Positions 37,349-47,467 are shown, counted from the first letter of the stretch. The stretch: DNA of 54,442 bases from Armatimonadota bacterium (GCA_043754515.1 JAYUUO010000041.1:1-54442), one strand, 5' to 3'. Notes: generated by a model not told the origin, from the sequence alone. Translations and numbers: made by a program.

Positions 37349-37942
37349 ATGCGTTTTATAATCAAGCCGTTCGGGGTGGTCATCCTGATCACCGTGCTTA
37401 TGGCACTATCATTGCTGGCGTTCTTCGGGCCGCCGCGCGGCGGGCATTCGTCCCCCGCGCCGGCGGCCACGGATAAATTTGTCATGCAAGCGATGAATCT
37501 GCTTGCGAAACAGAGGTGGGAGTTCATCCATAACACACTCAATCCCGCCACAATGACCGCGCGTCAGGACTCCCTGCCGGGTAACACGTCGCCGATGAGC
37601 GTGTATCGCATCGTGTCCGGTGGGCAACTCAAAAATCCGTGGGACATCGGGATGCACATGGTTTGCGCGGATGCTTTCGTTCGCGACACAAGACTGCGAA
37701 TCGCGTTCCACGCCCGCTCACCGGAGGCGGCAAAGATCGCCGTCATGTTCGAGCAGAGCAGTCTGCCATACACCAAATCTGTCTCGGCGGGGCGGACCCT
37801 GTCGCCGGAGTGGGCCGAATACAGCGTGTCATTCGTCACCGCCGACGATTACAAACCGGGCGGGGCGCAGGTGACGTTCCACTGTGGCTACCAACCCGGC
37901 ACCGTCGAGATAGCCGACGTCCGCCTATGCCTCGCCCCATGA
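37349..37942 (+). CDS. membrane-anchored CBM4/9-like domain protein (paralog 2)
   Basis: MRFIIKPFGV.IL start; same motifs as paralog 1 and shared DNA blocks. Confidence 0.7.
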   Translation: MRFIIKPFGVVILITVLMALSLLAFFGPPRGGHSSPAPAATDKFVMQAMNLLAKQRWEFIHNTLNPATMTARQDSLPGNTSPMSVYRIVSGGQLKNPWDIGMHMVCADAFVRDTRLRIAFHARSPEAAKIAVMFEQSSLPYTKSVSAGRTLSPEWAEYSVSFVTADDYKPGGAQVTFHCGYQPGTVEIADVRLCLAP

Positions 37943-37950
37943 GCCGCGTT

Positions 37951-38784
37951 TCAGTCGTAGAGCGTTTTCCAGACGTCCGCGAAATCCTGCGGCCGTAGCA
38001 GACAGCGCAGGTATTCTGGGTTCTGGTGGAACGCGGCGAGGAGCGGCTCGGCGCGGGTCAGGCCGAACGCGGGCAACTCCTTCGGGACCAGGGGGCGCGG
38101 CTCCGGCACCGAGCGGTAGCGCGGGTTCGGCGCATAGACCGGCTCGCCCCCCTGCCCTTCCAGAACGAAATACGCCATGCCACCGTGCCGCTCGATCTCC
38201 TGATGCGCCGTCAGGCAGTCGGCCATACGCCACGTCCCGACCACCAGCGGCTCGGTGCCGACGTTGGCGAGGAGCGACGCCCAGCCCGGCGCGACAACCG
38301 CCTTGTCCCCGGCATAGAGCGGCATCACGGCGATGGCGTTCGGATGATCCGTAACCCCCTCCTGGAGATACAGCCGCGCCTCCCCCTGCAAGACCTCGTG
38401 GATCTCGGGGTACCCGACCGGGGTGCCCGGCGCGGCGGGATTCGTATGCCCCCGCGTCCGCGCCCATTCTGGGGAGCCGGGGATCGTGCCGCTTTTCACC
38501 ACCAGCAACGTGTAGCAAAGCCCACGTTGCTCGATGGCGTCGCTCAACCCGTCCGGTCGCACGTCGCGATAGATCGCGTACAACGCGGCGTCCCCGGTCG
38601 CGGGGTCGCCGCCAGCGGGATCGCTCCGGTAGAGTACGCCGCCTAGTTCGGAGACGCGGCGCGTTTCTACCGCCCCGGTTCGCACGTCGCGCCCGAAAGA
38701 CAGAGTTGGGACGTCGCCGTGCGTGACGCCGAGCGGCGACGGCAACCCGGTCACGTCCGGTGGAAGTGTTAGAACGATTATCAT
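37951..38784 (-). CDS. cupin-type glucose-6-phosphate isomerase family protein
   Basis: LY.IYRDV, E..RTRGH, YPEI.EVL.G.A..YLQ, GD..VV.PGW, GG.AYF, NP.Y. Confidence 0.75.
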   Translation of the reverse strand: MIIVLTLPPDVTGLPSPLGVTHGDVPTLSFGRDVRTGAVETRRVSELGGVLYRSDPAGGDPATGDAALYAIYRDVRPDGLSDAIEQRGLCYTLLVVKSGTIPGSPEWARTRGHTNPAAPGTPVGYPEIHEVLQGEARLYLQEGVTDHPNAIAVMPLYAGDKAVVAPGWASLLANVGTEPLVVGTWRMADCLTAHQEIERHGGMAYFVLEGQGGEPVYAPNPRYRSVPEPRPLVPKELPAFGLTRAEPLLAAFHQNPEYLRCLLRPQDFADVWKTLYD

Positions 38785-38790
38785 TACCTC

Positions 38791-40536
38791 TTATTCCCTT
38801 TTAGGCGACGGATCATACCAGTCATATATCCGCTCCTCGTCGCCGTCGCCGGGGTTCCCACTCCCGCGGGTCAGCCAGCGGCGCGGGCAGGTCGTGTTGC
38901 GCCAGTCCATCGGCTCGGCGGGGGGGCGCGGCACAGACGCCAGCGCGAACGCCTCGGTCAGCGCGGCGCGTATGTTCCCGGTGACAGCGTCCGGGTCAAC
39001 AGACACGAACAGCGGGGTGCCGGAGCGGGCGAGAAGGTCGAGCCACTGCCGGTTGAGCGACCAAGGCACCGGCTCGCCGCGCATGACCCCGACGCAGTCG
39101 GCGTCCGCCGCGAAGAACGCGCCGTGTTGCGCGATCCGGAACGCCAGCGTGTTGATCCCCATCTTGCGCGTGCGCTCCCACTCTCGCCCGGACGTGTCGT
39201 CGCCGACGCGCTGTACCTCGAAAATCCCCGCGCCTAGATGCCCGATAGTGTTGCATCCCAGGAGCAGCGCGTCGCCCGCCGCGCCCCGGATCGTCTGGTA
39301 CAGGTCGGCGACGATCTCCGCCGTGGTGCGCGAAGCGTCGGCGAAATGCCAGCCGGGGTCGGTGTAGGCGTCGCCCATCGCGAGGCCCCACCGCCCGAGC
39401 AGGTCGAACGTCGTGAAATCATGCTTCACCAGCTCGTAGCCCCAGTCGGCGGTCAGCCGCCGGATATCGCCCGCGATCAGCGACAGGTTCTCGGGCAGGG
39501 ACGGGTCGAGCGTCGGGACCAGCCCGCCCTCGCTTCCCGCGCGGCCCCGAGGGAGCAGGCGGCTTTCCGGCGTGCCGGGCGCGGCGCCGAGCGGGCGTAT
39601 CCAGATGCCGGGGCGTGTGCCGCGCTCGCGCATCGCGTCCGCGAGGCCCCGCATGTCGCCGAACCGGTCGTTGCCCGCCGCGTGCGGGCCGCCGACCACG
39701 CCGCCCCCGTCCCCACTCCGCTTCTGCCAGCCGTCGTCAATCACCATGTAGGGTGCGTTCGTCGTGCCGGTCGGTGCCAGCGACGCCATCAGTTCGGCGT
39801 CGCGCAGGATCTGTTCGCGCGACGATTTGCCGTATGCGTAGTACCAGTTGTTGCCGCCGTAGACGGGATGATCGGGCAAGCGCGGTGCGGGGCAGAGCAG
39901 GGCGCACAGGGCGCGCGTCAGTTTGAGCGAGGTGCCGTTCGCGGCGGCGGGGGATTCCGCCCCGCGCACGGTCGCCGCGAGCAGTTCGCGCCCGCCGAGC
40001 CGGACGCCGGAGCCGCCGCACCGTGTGTCGAGCGTCAGCGCGTAGCCGGATTGGTCCACGGTGAAATGGGCGAGCGACGCCGCGCCGGTTTCGACGCCCA
40101 GTCCGAACCCGGAGCCACTCGGCAGGTGCCACGAGACGAAATACCAGAACAAACGCCGCTCGGGGACGATACCGCGCCACTCCAGATCGCCGTAGCCGCG
40201 CTCGAACGCGTCGCCGAGTAGGGTGACGCCTTCGGGGAGGCGCACCGCGAACTGCAAGCGGATACGGAGCAGGGGGCTGTCCGGGCAGGAGACGCGGACG
40301 CTCAAGCCGCCGTCCTCGGCGTGCGCGAGACGCACGGTAACGCCGCCGCCCGACCACGTCTCGCCGTCCGCCGCCGCGACCAGCGCGAACGCGCTGGCAC
40401 CCCCGCCTGTCCCAACCGCCGCTTCGACGCGGTCGGGCAACGCGACGTACCCCGAATGGATGCGCGTGGTCGCGAGGGCCGACGCCGTTTCCGCCGCGAT
40501 CAGTGCCGATACGATAGCCGCTCCGTCTGTGTTCAT
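38791..40536 (-). CDS. GH27/GH36-like (clan D) glycoside hydrolase
   Basis: GGNNWY, MVIDDGWQ, RFGDM..LA, PGIW.RP, WGYELVKHDF, RVGDDTS, ADADC. Confidence 0.8.
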   Translation of the reverse strand: MNTDGAAIVSALIAAETASALATTRIHSGYVALPDRVEAAVGTGGGASAFALVAAADGETWSGGGVTVRLAHAEDGGLSVRVSCPDSPLLRIRLQFAVRLPEGVTLLGDAFERGYGDLEWRGIVPERRLFWYFVSWHLPSGSGFGLGVETGAASLAHFTVDQSGYALTLDTRCGGSGVRLGGRELLAATVRGAESPAAANGTSLKLTRALCALLCPAPRLPDHPVYGGNNWYYAYGKSSREQILRDAELMASLAPTGTTNAPYMVIDDGWQKRSGDGGGVVGGPHAAGNDRFGDMRGLADAMRERGTRPGIWIRPLGAAPGTPESRLLPRGRAGSEGGLVPTLDPSLPENLSLIAGDIRRLTADWGYELVKHDFTTFDLLGRWGLAMGDAYTDPGWHFADASRTTAEIVADLYQTIRGAAGDALLLGCNTIGHLGAGIFEVQRVGDDTSGREWERTRKMGINTLAFRIAQHGAFFAADADCVGVMRGEPVPWSLNRQWLDLLARSGTPLFVSVDPDAVTGNIRAALTEAFALASVPRPPAEPMDWRNTTCPRRWLTRGSGNPGDGDEERIYDWYDPSPKRE

Positions 40537-40742
40537 AGTAATGCGTAGTGTACCTTTTTCCGGGGGCTTCCCCGCCGACGCGGGCGTGGGGAGGCACGTC
40601 CCGCCGTGGCCACGCGGGTTCCGCCCCGCGCGTCGGCGCGTCCCGACCCGCGCCGACGCGCGGGGGTGCGGAGCCAACCGAACTACAATGCAATCGCCCT
40701 ACCCCCCTTTTCGCGTCGTCCGTTTCGTGGTAGAAACGGGGA

Positions 40743-42320
40743 GTGATTCCGACCACGCCGCCCCCCAATCCATCCCCCGCCCGGCCCGCGACGCCGTGGT
40801 GGATGTACGCCCTCGCGGGTCTACTTGCGGTGCTGTTCGGCGTCGCCGCCGCGTACCCGAAAGCCTTCATCGCGGTGGTCGTCCTGTCGGCGGTCGGCTA
40901 CCTTTTCTGGAAGGCGTTGCAGAACCCCTGGGTCGCCCTTTCCATCGTGGTCGCGCAGTACCCGATCATGAACACCCTGCGCACCATCTACAGCGCGCAT
41001 CATATCCCGGTGTTCGCGGGCGGCGTTCGCTTCTTCCCCGACTTCTTGCAGTACGTGATTATCGGGCAACTCCTGCTCCGGGCGGTCAGAGATCCCCGGT
41101 ACCAGCTTAAAATTTATGGCGATGATCTGCCGGTGGTCACATACCTCATCGTCGGCGTCTACTCCGTGGTGGTCGCGCTCCAGTACACGCACCCGTACGG
41201 GCCGATCAACGGCTGGTATCTCTCGATGACGCCGCCGCTGTTCTATCTGGTCATCCGCTGGTTGCGACCGACCCGCGAGCAGGGGAACCGCTTCCTGCGC
41301 TGGATGATGCTCTGTTTCTGGGCGGTGCTGATCCCGTCATTCGCGGTGTACCTCACCCGCCCCGAGTGGTACATGCAGCTCCAGGACGCGGAGCACGGCT
41401 TTTTCGTGCCCGCGACCATGAGCCACATGACGTTCTGGCGGATCTACCCGCGTATGGAAGGCTTCCTGTTCGAGGAGAACCATTGGGGGACGCTGTGTGA
41501 ACTGGTCGCGGTGCTCACCATCGCCCAACTGAGCAAACCCGGCAAGCAGGTCGGCCGTTACGTTCTGATCCTTCTGTGTATCGCGGGGATAGTCTGCTCG
41601 CTCTCGCGCGGCGCGGTACTCGGGCTAGGGGTGTCCGCGGCGGTGATGTTCCTGTGGCCCGGCTGGCACCGGAAGCGGATGCTACTCATCCTCGCCGTGC
41701 TGGTTACGCTGGGTGGCGCGGGGCTGGTGGTGATCCGCGACAGCCCGCTCGCTGTCTCCCTGTTCCAGCGCCTGGATACGATCGGGACCAAGGCCGCGAG
41801 TAAGGGCGAACTCGGGAGCGACCGGTTCCACCAGTGGCGCGCTGGCTGGAAGATCTTCCTCGAAACGCCTTCTGGTAAAGGGCTGGGCACGGTCGGGAAC
41901 GGCGCGTCGCTGAGCAAAGTCACGCCGTTTCTCGTCGGGGACGGCGAGTATTTCCGGGTGCTAGCGGAGCAAGGAGTGCCGGGTATTATCGCCTTCCTGT
42001 ACCTGATCATCAGCATCCCTTGGATGCTCTGGCGGTACCGCGACTCCTGCGAGCGCGAGCAACGACCGATGGCGATGGGGCTGTTCGCGTTCCACATCGG
42101 CTACTGCATCCACGGGATCGGTGCGAACACGTTCGACTATTACTGCATCTGCCCGGTCTATTTCATGCTACTCGGTTTGCACATGAGCGCGGTTCACCGG
42201 TATCTGCGCGAACAGCGCGAGCACGCCGCTATTCATTACGCCGGGTGTCCGCCCGCCGCGCCATCGCTACCGCCCGTGGTGCCGACCGCGCCGTCGCTCC
42301 CGTCAGCGGGCGGGGGCTGA
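40743..42320 (+). CDS. O-antigen ligase / Wzy-like polymerase
   Basis: Many TM helices; R..G....EN, SLSRGA, DR...W, G.GLG, LAEQGVPG. Confidence 0.8.
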   Translation: MIPTTPPPNPSPARPATPWWMYALAGLLAVLFGVAAAYPKAFIAVVVLSAVGYLFWKALQNPWVALSIVVAQYPIMNTLRTIYSAHHIPVFAGGVRFFPDFLQYVIIGQLLLRAVRDPRYQLKIYGDDLPVVTYLIVGVYSVVVALQYTHPYGPINGWYLSMTPPLFYLVIRWLRPTREQGNRFLRWMMLCFWAVLIPSFAVYLTRPEWYMQLQDAEHGFFVPATMSHMTFWRIYPRMEGFLFEENHWGTLCELVAVLTIAQLSKPGKQVGRYVLILLCIAGIVCSLSRGAVLGLGVSAAVMFLWPGWHRKRMLLILAVLVTLGGAGLVVIRDSPLAVSLFQRLDTIGTKAASKGELGSDRFHQWRAGWKIFLETPSGKGLGTVGNGASLSKVTPFLVGDGEYFRVLAEQGVPGIIAFLYLIISIPWMLWRYRDSCEREQRPMAMGLFAFHIGYCIHGIGANTFDYYCICPVYFMLLGLHMSAVHRYLREQREHAAIHYAGCPPAAPSLPPVVPTAPSLPSAGGG

Positions 42321-42323
42321 GCG

Positions 42324-43517
42324 ATGCGCGTCCTGTTCGTGACCTCGGAGCTGCCGGGCACTGCCACCTACCGATATCGGAGCGAGAACCTGGCCCGGTG
42401 TCTACGCGGCCACGGGCACGACGCGGAAATCTCCTACGTCGGTCAGTCCCGCGTGCGCGTAGACGCCGACGTGGTGGTATTACACCGCGTCTGCGCCGTA
42501 CCGGAGGGACTCGCGTTCGCCCGCGCCGCCCGCGAAGTCGGCGCGGTGCTCGTGTATAGCACGGACGACACCGTGTACGACGCCGAATCGTTCCCCGACT
42601 ACGGCGAGCCGTGGGGAGCGATACGCGCCTTCGCACCGCTCCACGCGCGGATGATCGCGGACGCCGACGCGGTGCTCGTCTCCACCGAGTATCTAGGGAG
42701 CGACATCACGCGCGTTTTTGGGCCAGACAAACCCGTCTTCACCGTGCGCAACTTCCTGAGCACCGAACTGCTCGAACTCTCGGAAGCGGCGCAACGGCGT
42801 CGGGCGGGGCGGGACGACGGGATGGTTACGTTCGGCTATATGTCCGGTTCGGCGACCCACAACGTGGACATATCCGTCGCCACCCCAGCACTGTATGAGT
42901 TATTGCTGACGCGGGAGAAGGCGCGGCTGCTGATCGTTGGGCCGCTGATCGTGGACAGCGAGATCGCGGGCTTCGAGCGGTACGGCAAGGTCGTCCGCGT
43001 CCCGTTCGTCCCGTGGCGGGATCTGCCGGAGATCATCGCGTCCACCGACGTCAATCTGTCGCCGCTCAATGTCCGCCACCGGTTCACGCGCGCGAAATCG
43101 GAGATCAAGTTTCTAGAAGCGGCGGCGGCGGGAGTGCCTACGGTCGCCACCATGACCGAAGGGTTCGGCGAGGCGGTACCGGGCACCGCGATAGCCTACT
43201 GCCGCGACATTGTCTCGCTCGGCGGCGGGAACGACAACTCCGGTTGGTACGACAATCTGGAAGCGTTGCTAGAACCGGACGCACGCCGCGCTCTGGCGGA
43301 TCGCGCCTACGAGCAGATGCTTGCTAGCGGCACGCAGGAGGCGCAATCGCCCCACGTGGTCGCGACGTTCGAGCGGATCGCCGCGCTCCAGAGCGGCGGC
43401 GCGGGGGATGAACGAGGCGCGGCCCTGGAACGTGGCGCGGGCGGAGTACGTGTCAACTACCCATTCGCGCCGCCTAAATACCTGGCGAAAGCGATTCTAC
43501 GACAGCTCGGGAAGTGA
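42324..43517 (+). CDS. glycosyltransferase (GT4-like)
   Basis: TYRYR, VY.TDD, GY.SGS.TH, AKSEIKFLEAAAAGVP. Confidence 0.85.
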   Translation: MRVLFVTSELPGTATYRYRSENLARCLRGHGHDAEISYVGQSRVRVDADVVVLHRVCAVPEGLAFARAAREVGAVLVYSTDDTVYDAESFPDYGEPWGAIRAFAPLHARMIADADAVLVSTEYLGSDITRVFGPDKPVFTVRNFLSTELLELSEAAQRRRAGRDDGMVTFGYMSGSATHNVDISVATPALYELLLTREKARLLIVGPLIVDSEIAGFERYGKVVRVPFVPWRDLPEIIASTDVNLSPLNVRHRFTRAKSEIKFLEAAAAGVPTVATMTEGFGEAVPGTAIAYCRDIVSLGGGNDNSGWYDNLEALLEPDARRALADRAYEQMLASGTQEAQSPHVVATFERIAALQSGGAGDERGAALERGAGGVRVNYPFAPPKYLAKAILRQLGK

Positions 43518-43527
43518 CGGGCCCGCC

Positions 43528-44610
43528 CTAACGTCCGCGACGCGAGTCCATCCAGCAGACCAGCAGAACGTGCGGGAACGTCAGGCAAGCGATCAGCGCG
43601 AGGTAGACGTACAGCGCGGTCGCCGCGCCGCCGCTCCCGCCTCCCGCGTAAACCGCCCAGCGGTAGACCCCGGCCAGCATCGCGAGCGACGCGGCCAATA
43701 TCGGGGCGCACTGCCAGCCGAACCGCGCGAACGCGGCGGGCACCCGCCTCCCGGCGCAGAGGGTTCGGGTCGCTCCGTCCAGTAGTAATAGCCGCCCGAT
43801 GTGGCGCAACCCGTGCCAGAAACAGAAGTATACTCCGACCGCGAAGATCGGGTTCGCGATCGCAAACACCCCGTATAGAAACACCACCTCGGCGGCGTCC
43901 TCGCGCGCGGCGGCGCGGCTGGCGGAATCGCCCCGCGCGTAGGCACGCAGGAGATAGATCAAATACGCCGCCACTATCGCCGCGAGGAATAGGCACCCCG
44001 CTACGCGCGTCTGTGGCGACGGGAGCCATTCCGCCGCGGTTTGCCCCCTCCCGAACAGAGCCGTGACCCCGGACGCGATCCGCGCGAACGCATTCGGGAA
44101 TCGGAACACGGGGAGCAGGATCGGCGCGCCGCCGCGTACCAGCCACGTCAGCCAGGGCGGCGGTGCCGTCCGCGACGGCGTGCGCGTGTCAGGCGACAGC
44201 CACAGGCGCAGGTAGGCCGCGTCACCCTGCCCCCAGTGGAGCCACGAAATCGCGATGAACAGCAAAAAGCATGGCCCCGGCGCGAGTAGCCAGCCGACTC
44301 CGTAAAAGGCGACCAGCGCGGAATATCCGGCGCAGACGACCGCCAGATGCCGCCACGTCAGGTGGGTGTCGTGAGCGGCGGCGATAACCCGGTGGTCCCA
44401 CGCGCCGTGTGGCAACCCCAGAAATATCAGGCTGAGAAGAAATGTATACGGCGCGATCCGCTCCACCGTCGGGGCGGGAAGCAGAACCGTGGCGAGCAGT
44501 ACCAGCCCCATCGCGGCCCAGGCGGGGTAGGTCATCCAGGGGCGCAAGGCGGAGCGCGCGGCGTCTCTGTCGGGCGCGGCATTCCGGGCTAACCCGGCGT
44601 CTGTGATCAA
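43528..44610 (-). CDS. blh: Brp/Blh beta-carotene 15,15'-dioxygenase
   Basis: His motifs GLPHGAWD, HWGQGD, YFCFWHGLRH and LTFPH. TTG start overlaps the crtY stop. Confidence 0.9.
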   Translation of the reverse strand: MITDAGLARNAAPDRDAARSALRPWMTYPAWAAMGLVLLATVLLPAPTVERIAPYTFLLSLIFLGLPHGAWDHRVIAAAHDTHLTWRHLAVVCAGYSALVAFYGVGWLLAPGPCFLLFIAISWLHWGQGDAAYLRLWLSPDTRTPSRTAPPPWLTWLVRGGAPILLPVFRFPNAFARIASGVTALFGRGQTAAEWLPSPQTRVAGCLFLAAIVAAYLIYLLRAYARGDSASRAAAREDAAEVVFLYGVFAIANPIFAVGVYFCFWHGLRHIGRLLLLDGATRTLCAGRRVPAAFARFGWQCAPILAASLAMLAGVYRWAVYAGGGSGGAATALYVYLALIACLTFPHVLLVCWMDSRRGR

Positions 44611-45944
44611 CCGCCGGACCAGGGGCGCGGGACACACGAGACGGCGGCGCGGACGAAGTCGGCGAGTGGGAGCGACCCGATCACCGCGAGGCAATCGAGT
44701 GGCGAGGCGGTGTCAGACAGCAACCGCACTAGCTTCTCCGGCGGCACGCGCCCGAACATCCGCGCGAAGTAGTCCGGAACCGCGTTCGGGTTCCGTTGCA
44801 TCGCCTGTAGAAACACCCGGTCGAGGAGCGCGGTTCGCAAGGACGAGGGCTGGCTTGTGACGGTGCCCGCCCCACCCCGCACGACGGCGCGGGCGAGGTT
44901 ACGGCACTGCTTCTGGATCCGCAAAAACGCGTAGCCGCTCGAGGGCCGCGCCGCGCCGCCCGCAAGCCCGATGGGGAACGAGCGGCTTCCGCCGCGTGTC
45001 GGGAAGTCGCGGGTCGTCATCGGGATTAGCCCCCGCTCCTCGCTAACCACCTCGAATGAGGATAGATTGTAGCGGCTCCGCAGGTAAGCGGCTATGTTGA
45101 GTCGGTCCGCGTCGGCGTCCGCCGCATGCGCGAGCCGGTCTTTCGCGCCGCCCGCGCCCGGCATCAGCACCGTGTTCTCGACCAACGCCTCACGCGGCGA
45201 GAACGGTAAAATATACATGAACCGGACCGCGTCCGGCGCGGCATGCCCGCCGTCCGGTCGCGGCGTGACGCCGAAGTCCATCAGGGTGACCGTGTCCGGG
45301 TCGAAAACGTCGGCGTCGGCGCGGACGGTCTGTCCGAAGAACCGTTGCAAAAAGGTCACGTCGCCGGGGCGGGCGGCGGGGAAGCGGGGGCTACCGAGCG
45401 CGAGAGCATCGAAAAGCATCTCGCCGTGGAACGTTCCCGCGCCGGTCACGACGCGCACGCCCGCCGCGCCGTGATCGCGGTAGCCGTCCGTGATCGGGAC
45501 GCCGAGCCGCAGGGTCACATTCGGATGCGCCTGGATCCGGCCTAGCACCTCGCGGTAGAAGTCGCCGCCCTGGAGCCGCACGTAAGGCGTCGCCGGTGCC
45601 GACGCGCGTATCTCCGGCGTCGTTGCGTCGCGGCGCACGCTCCAGGCGTCCCACCGGTGCGTCACCAGGTGCGTGAACGGCGTCGGCTCTGTGTCCCAGA
45701 AGCACCATGTCCGGTCGTCCCCGAACGCGGCTTTGCGGTCGAGAATTAAAATCGGGTCGCGGATGCCTTCCTCCAGCAGGTACCAACATAGGGAGAGCCC
45801 GGCGCACCCCGCGCCCAGGATGATGTACTTGTAGCACGTGTCCGTGCCGCCGCCCTGATTGCCTAGCGGGGAGCGCGGAACGGTCACCACGAGTGGGGAT
45901 CGGTTCGTTTGGGGCGGCGTACTGTCATCGTACATGGTTTCCAT
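44607..45944 (-). CDS. crtY: lycopene beta-cyclase
   Basis: ILGAGCAGLSL, DRTWCFW, Q.F.G, LMDF, FMYILPFS..EALVE.T, EE.G.IPM, G.AGG.ARPSSGY.F. Confidence 0.9.
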   Translation of the reverse strand: METMYDDSTPPQTNRSPLVVTVPRSPLGNQGGGTDTCYKYIILGAGCAGLSLCWYLLEEGIRDPILILDRKAAFGDDRTWCFWDTEPTPFTHLVTHRWDAWSVRRDATTPEIRASAPATPYVRLQGGDFYREVLGRIQAHPNVTLRLGVPITDGYRDHGAAGVRVVTGAGTFHGEMLFDALALGSPRFPAARPGDVTFLQRFFGQTVRADADVFDPDTVTLMDFGVTPRPDGGHAAPDAVRFMYILPFSPREALVENTVLMPGAGGAKDRLAHAADADADRLNIAAYLRSRYNLSSFEVVSEERGLIPMTTRDFPTRGGSRSFPIGLAGGAARPSSGYAFLRIQKQCRNLARAVVRGGAGTVTSQPSSLRTALLDRVFLQAMQRNPNAVPDYFARMFGRVPPEKLVRLLSDTASPLDCLAVIGSLPLADFVRAAVSCVPRPWSGG

Positions 45945-45997
45945 ACCTTCCCTCGGGTCGGGCGCGTGGCAACGTGATGGGATACGTCGTTTTATCA

Positions 45998-46023
45998 AAC
46001 GCCGTGTCCGGGCGGGATGTTCC
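45998..46023 (-). promoter_or_regulatory. candidate ECF-type promoter for crtY-blh
   Basis: GGAAC-N17-CGTT on the minus strand, about 55 nt upstream of the crtY ATG. Confidence 0.4.
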
Positions 46024-46120
46024 CTCTTAAATTGGGTAAAGCAATCTCGTCATAGACGGGCTGCTAGCCGGATGTGTGCCCGCGCCGCCCTATTTAAGTA
46101 GCAGACCTCCCGCGCCCCGT

Positions 46121-47269
46121 TCAGCCAGCCGCGCCGTTGTGCGCCTGCCACGCCGCGAGTCTCGCCTCGCAGTAGGCGTAAAAGTCCGAGATGGGCGTTC
46201 GCTCGTGTGACAGACCGAGCGGCGCGTACGGGCGACCGAGCAGGTATGCGATATGCGCTTCGGCGGCGCACTGGTCGTAGCGGCGATCCACCGAAATCAG
46301 ATGGCGGAGCGACGAGTCGGGCACGTGGTGCGTCTCATCCGCCGAAAGATACGCGATCTCGCCGGCGTCGTCGGGCAGCAGGTTCAGATCCTTCATGCCG
46401 CCCGCGATCACCTCCGCGAGCGCGTGGTCCGACCCGCCGAACACGGGCACGTACTTTTCCAGCGTGTCCAGCGCGTCCGCCAGAAACGCCCCGACGCCCG
46501 CGCTCCACCCGTGGACCCGTCCGGTCAACACGATGCACGCGTCGTCCGATGTCCCGCAACCCCGGCGGTGGCGTATATATAGGTACGAGGTTTCGTCGGT
46601 GTCAGGGCCTTCGTCGGCGATGATCACGCCAGTGTCCCAGAGCCGCGCTATCGCCTCCGGGTCGTGGTCGTCGTGCGCGAGCCGGTCGGCGTTCAGCCCC
46701 ACCCGCTCCATCCCCGCGAGGTTCACGAGATACGACTTCCCGCCGCCGATGACCAGCCCGTACTTCTTCTCGGCGTTGATGCGAACATCGGCGTCGTCGC
46801 GCAACGCACCGAGATACAGGCCGCGTAGCACGCCTTTGGGGTCAACTTCAGGCAGGAACAAGAGCGTGCCCATCCCGAGGAGCGGCGCGCCCTGATTATC
46901 AATCAGCAGCGAGCCGTCGCCGCCGTCCAGCACCCGCCGGACATACTCGGAGACGCCATCCATCAACATCTGGCGGTTCTCGCGCACTGCTCGCGGGTCG
47001 AGGCGTAGCGCACGCGCGATGTCGTCCATCGTCGTGTTGACGTAACGGGTGCCACGAAACGCGCCGTGCCCCTCCTGCGCGTGTCCGGCGACACTCTGGA
47101 TCAGAATATCGCGCTCGTTATCGCGCGACGTGCGGAGCGTTTCGCGCGTGTCGAGGAGCATGTAATCCTGTTCGAGAAGGTCGTAGGGCGCGACGTGCGA
47201 AAGGGGGCGACGGGTTAGTACGTCGGGGAGGATGCGCTCGCGCTGGCGTGGCGAAACAAAATCGGACAT
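46121..47269 (-). CDS. uncharacterised soluble protein
   Basis: 382-aa globular-looking ORF with motifs RDDAD, YIRH..G.GTSDDA, FLADALDTLEKY and PDSSLRH. Confidence 0.8.
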   Translation of the reverse strand: MSDFVSPRQRERILPDVLTRRPLSHVAPYDLLEQDYMLLDTRETLRTSRDNERDILIQSVAGHAQEGHGAFRGTRYVNTTMDDIARALRLDPRAVRENRQMLMDGVSEYVRRVLDGGDGSLLIDNQGAPLLGMGTLLFLPEVDPKGVLRGLYLGALRDDADVRINAEKKYGLVIGGGKSYLVNLAGMERVGLNADRLAHDDHDPEAIARLWDTGVIIADEGPDTDETSYLYIRHRRGCGTSDDACIVLTGRVHGWSAGVGAFLADALDTLEKYVPVFGGSDHALAEVIAGGMKDLNLLPDDAGEIAYLSADETHHVPDSSLRHLISVDRRYDQCAAEAHIAYLLGRPYAPLGLSHERTPISDFYAYCEARLAAWQAHNGAAG

Positions 47270-47467
47270 GAGTGAAGTATACCTGTTTCTCTGGTGCTTC
47301 TTTCGCGCGAATCGCGATTGCGGTGTGGGAGAGGGGGACGCGAGCGCGTCGCCCGCGCGACCGACAAGCCCCCCATCCCCGCCCTTTCGGGGAACCTTGC
47401 GTGACCGCGCTCGTTGGTAGTAGGAACGACACGCCTTGCACGAACATCACGCTAACAGTCGGCGGGC

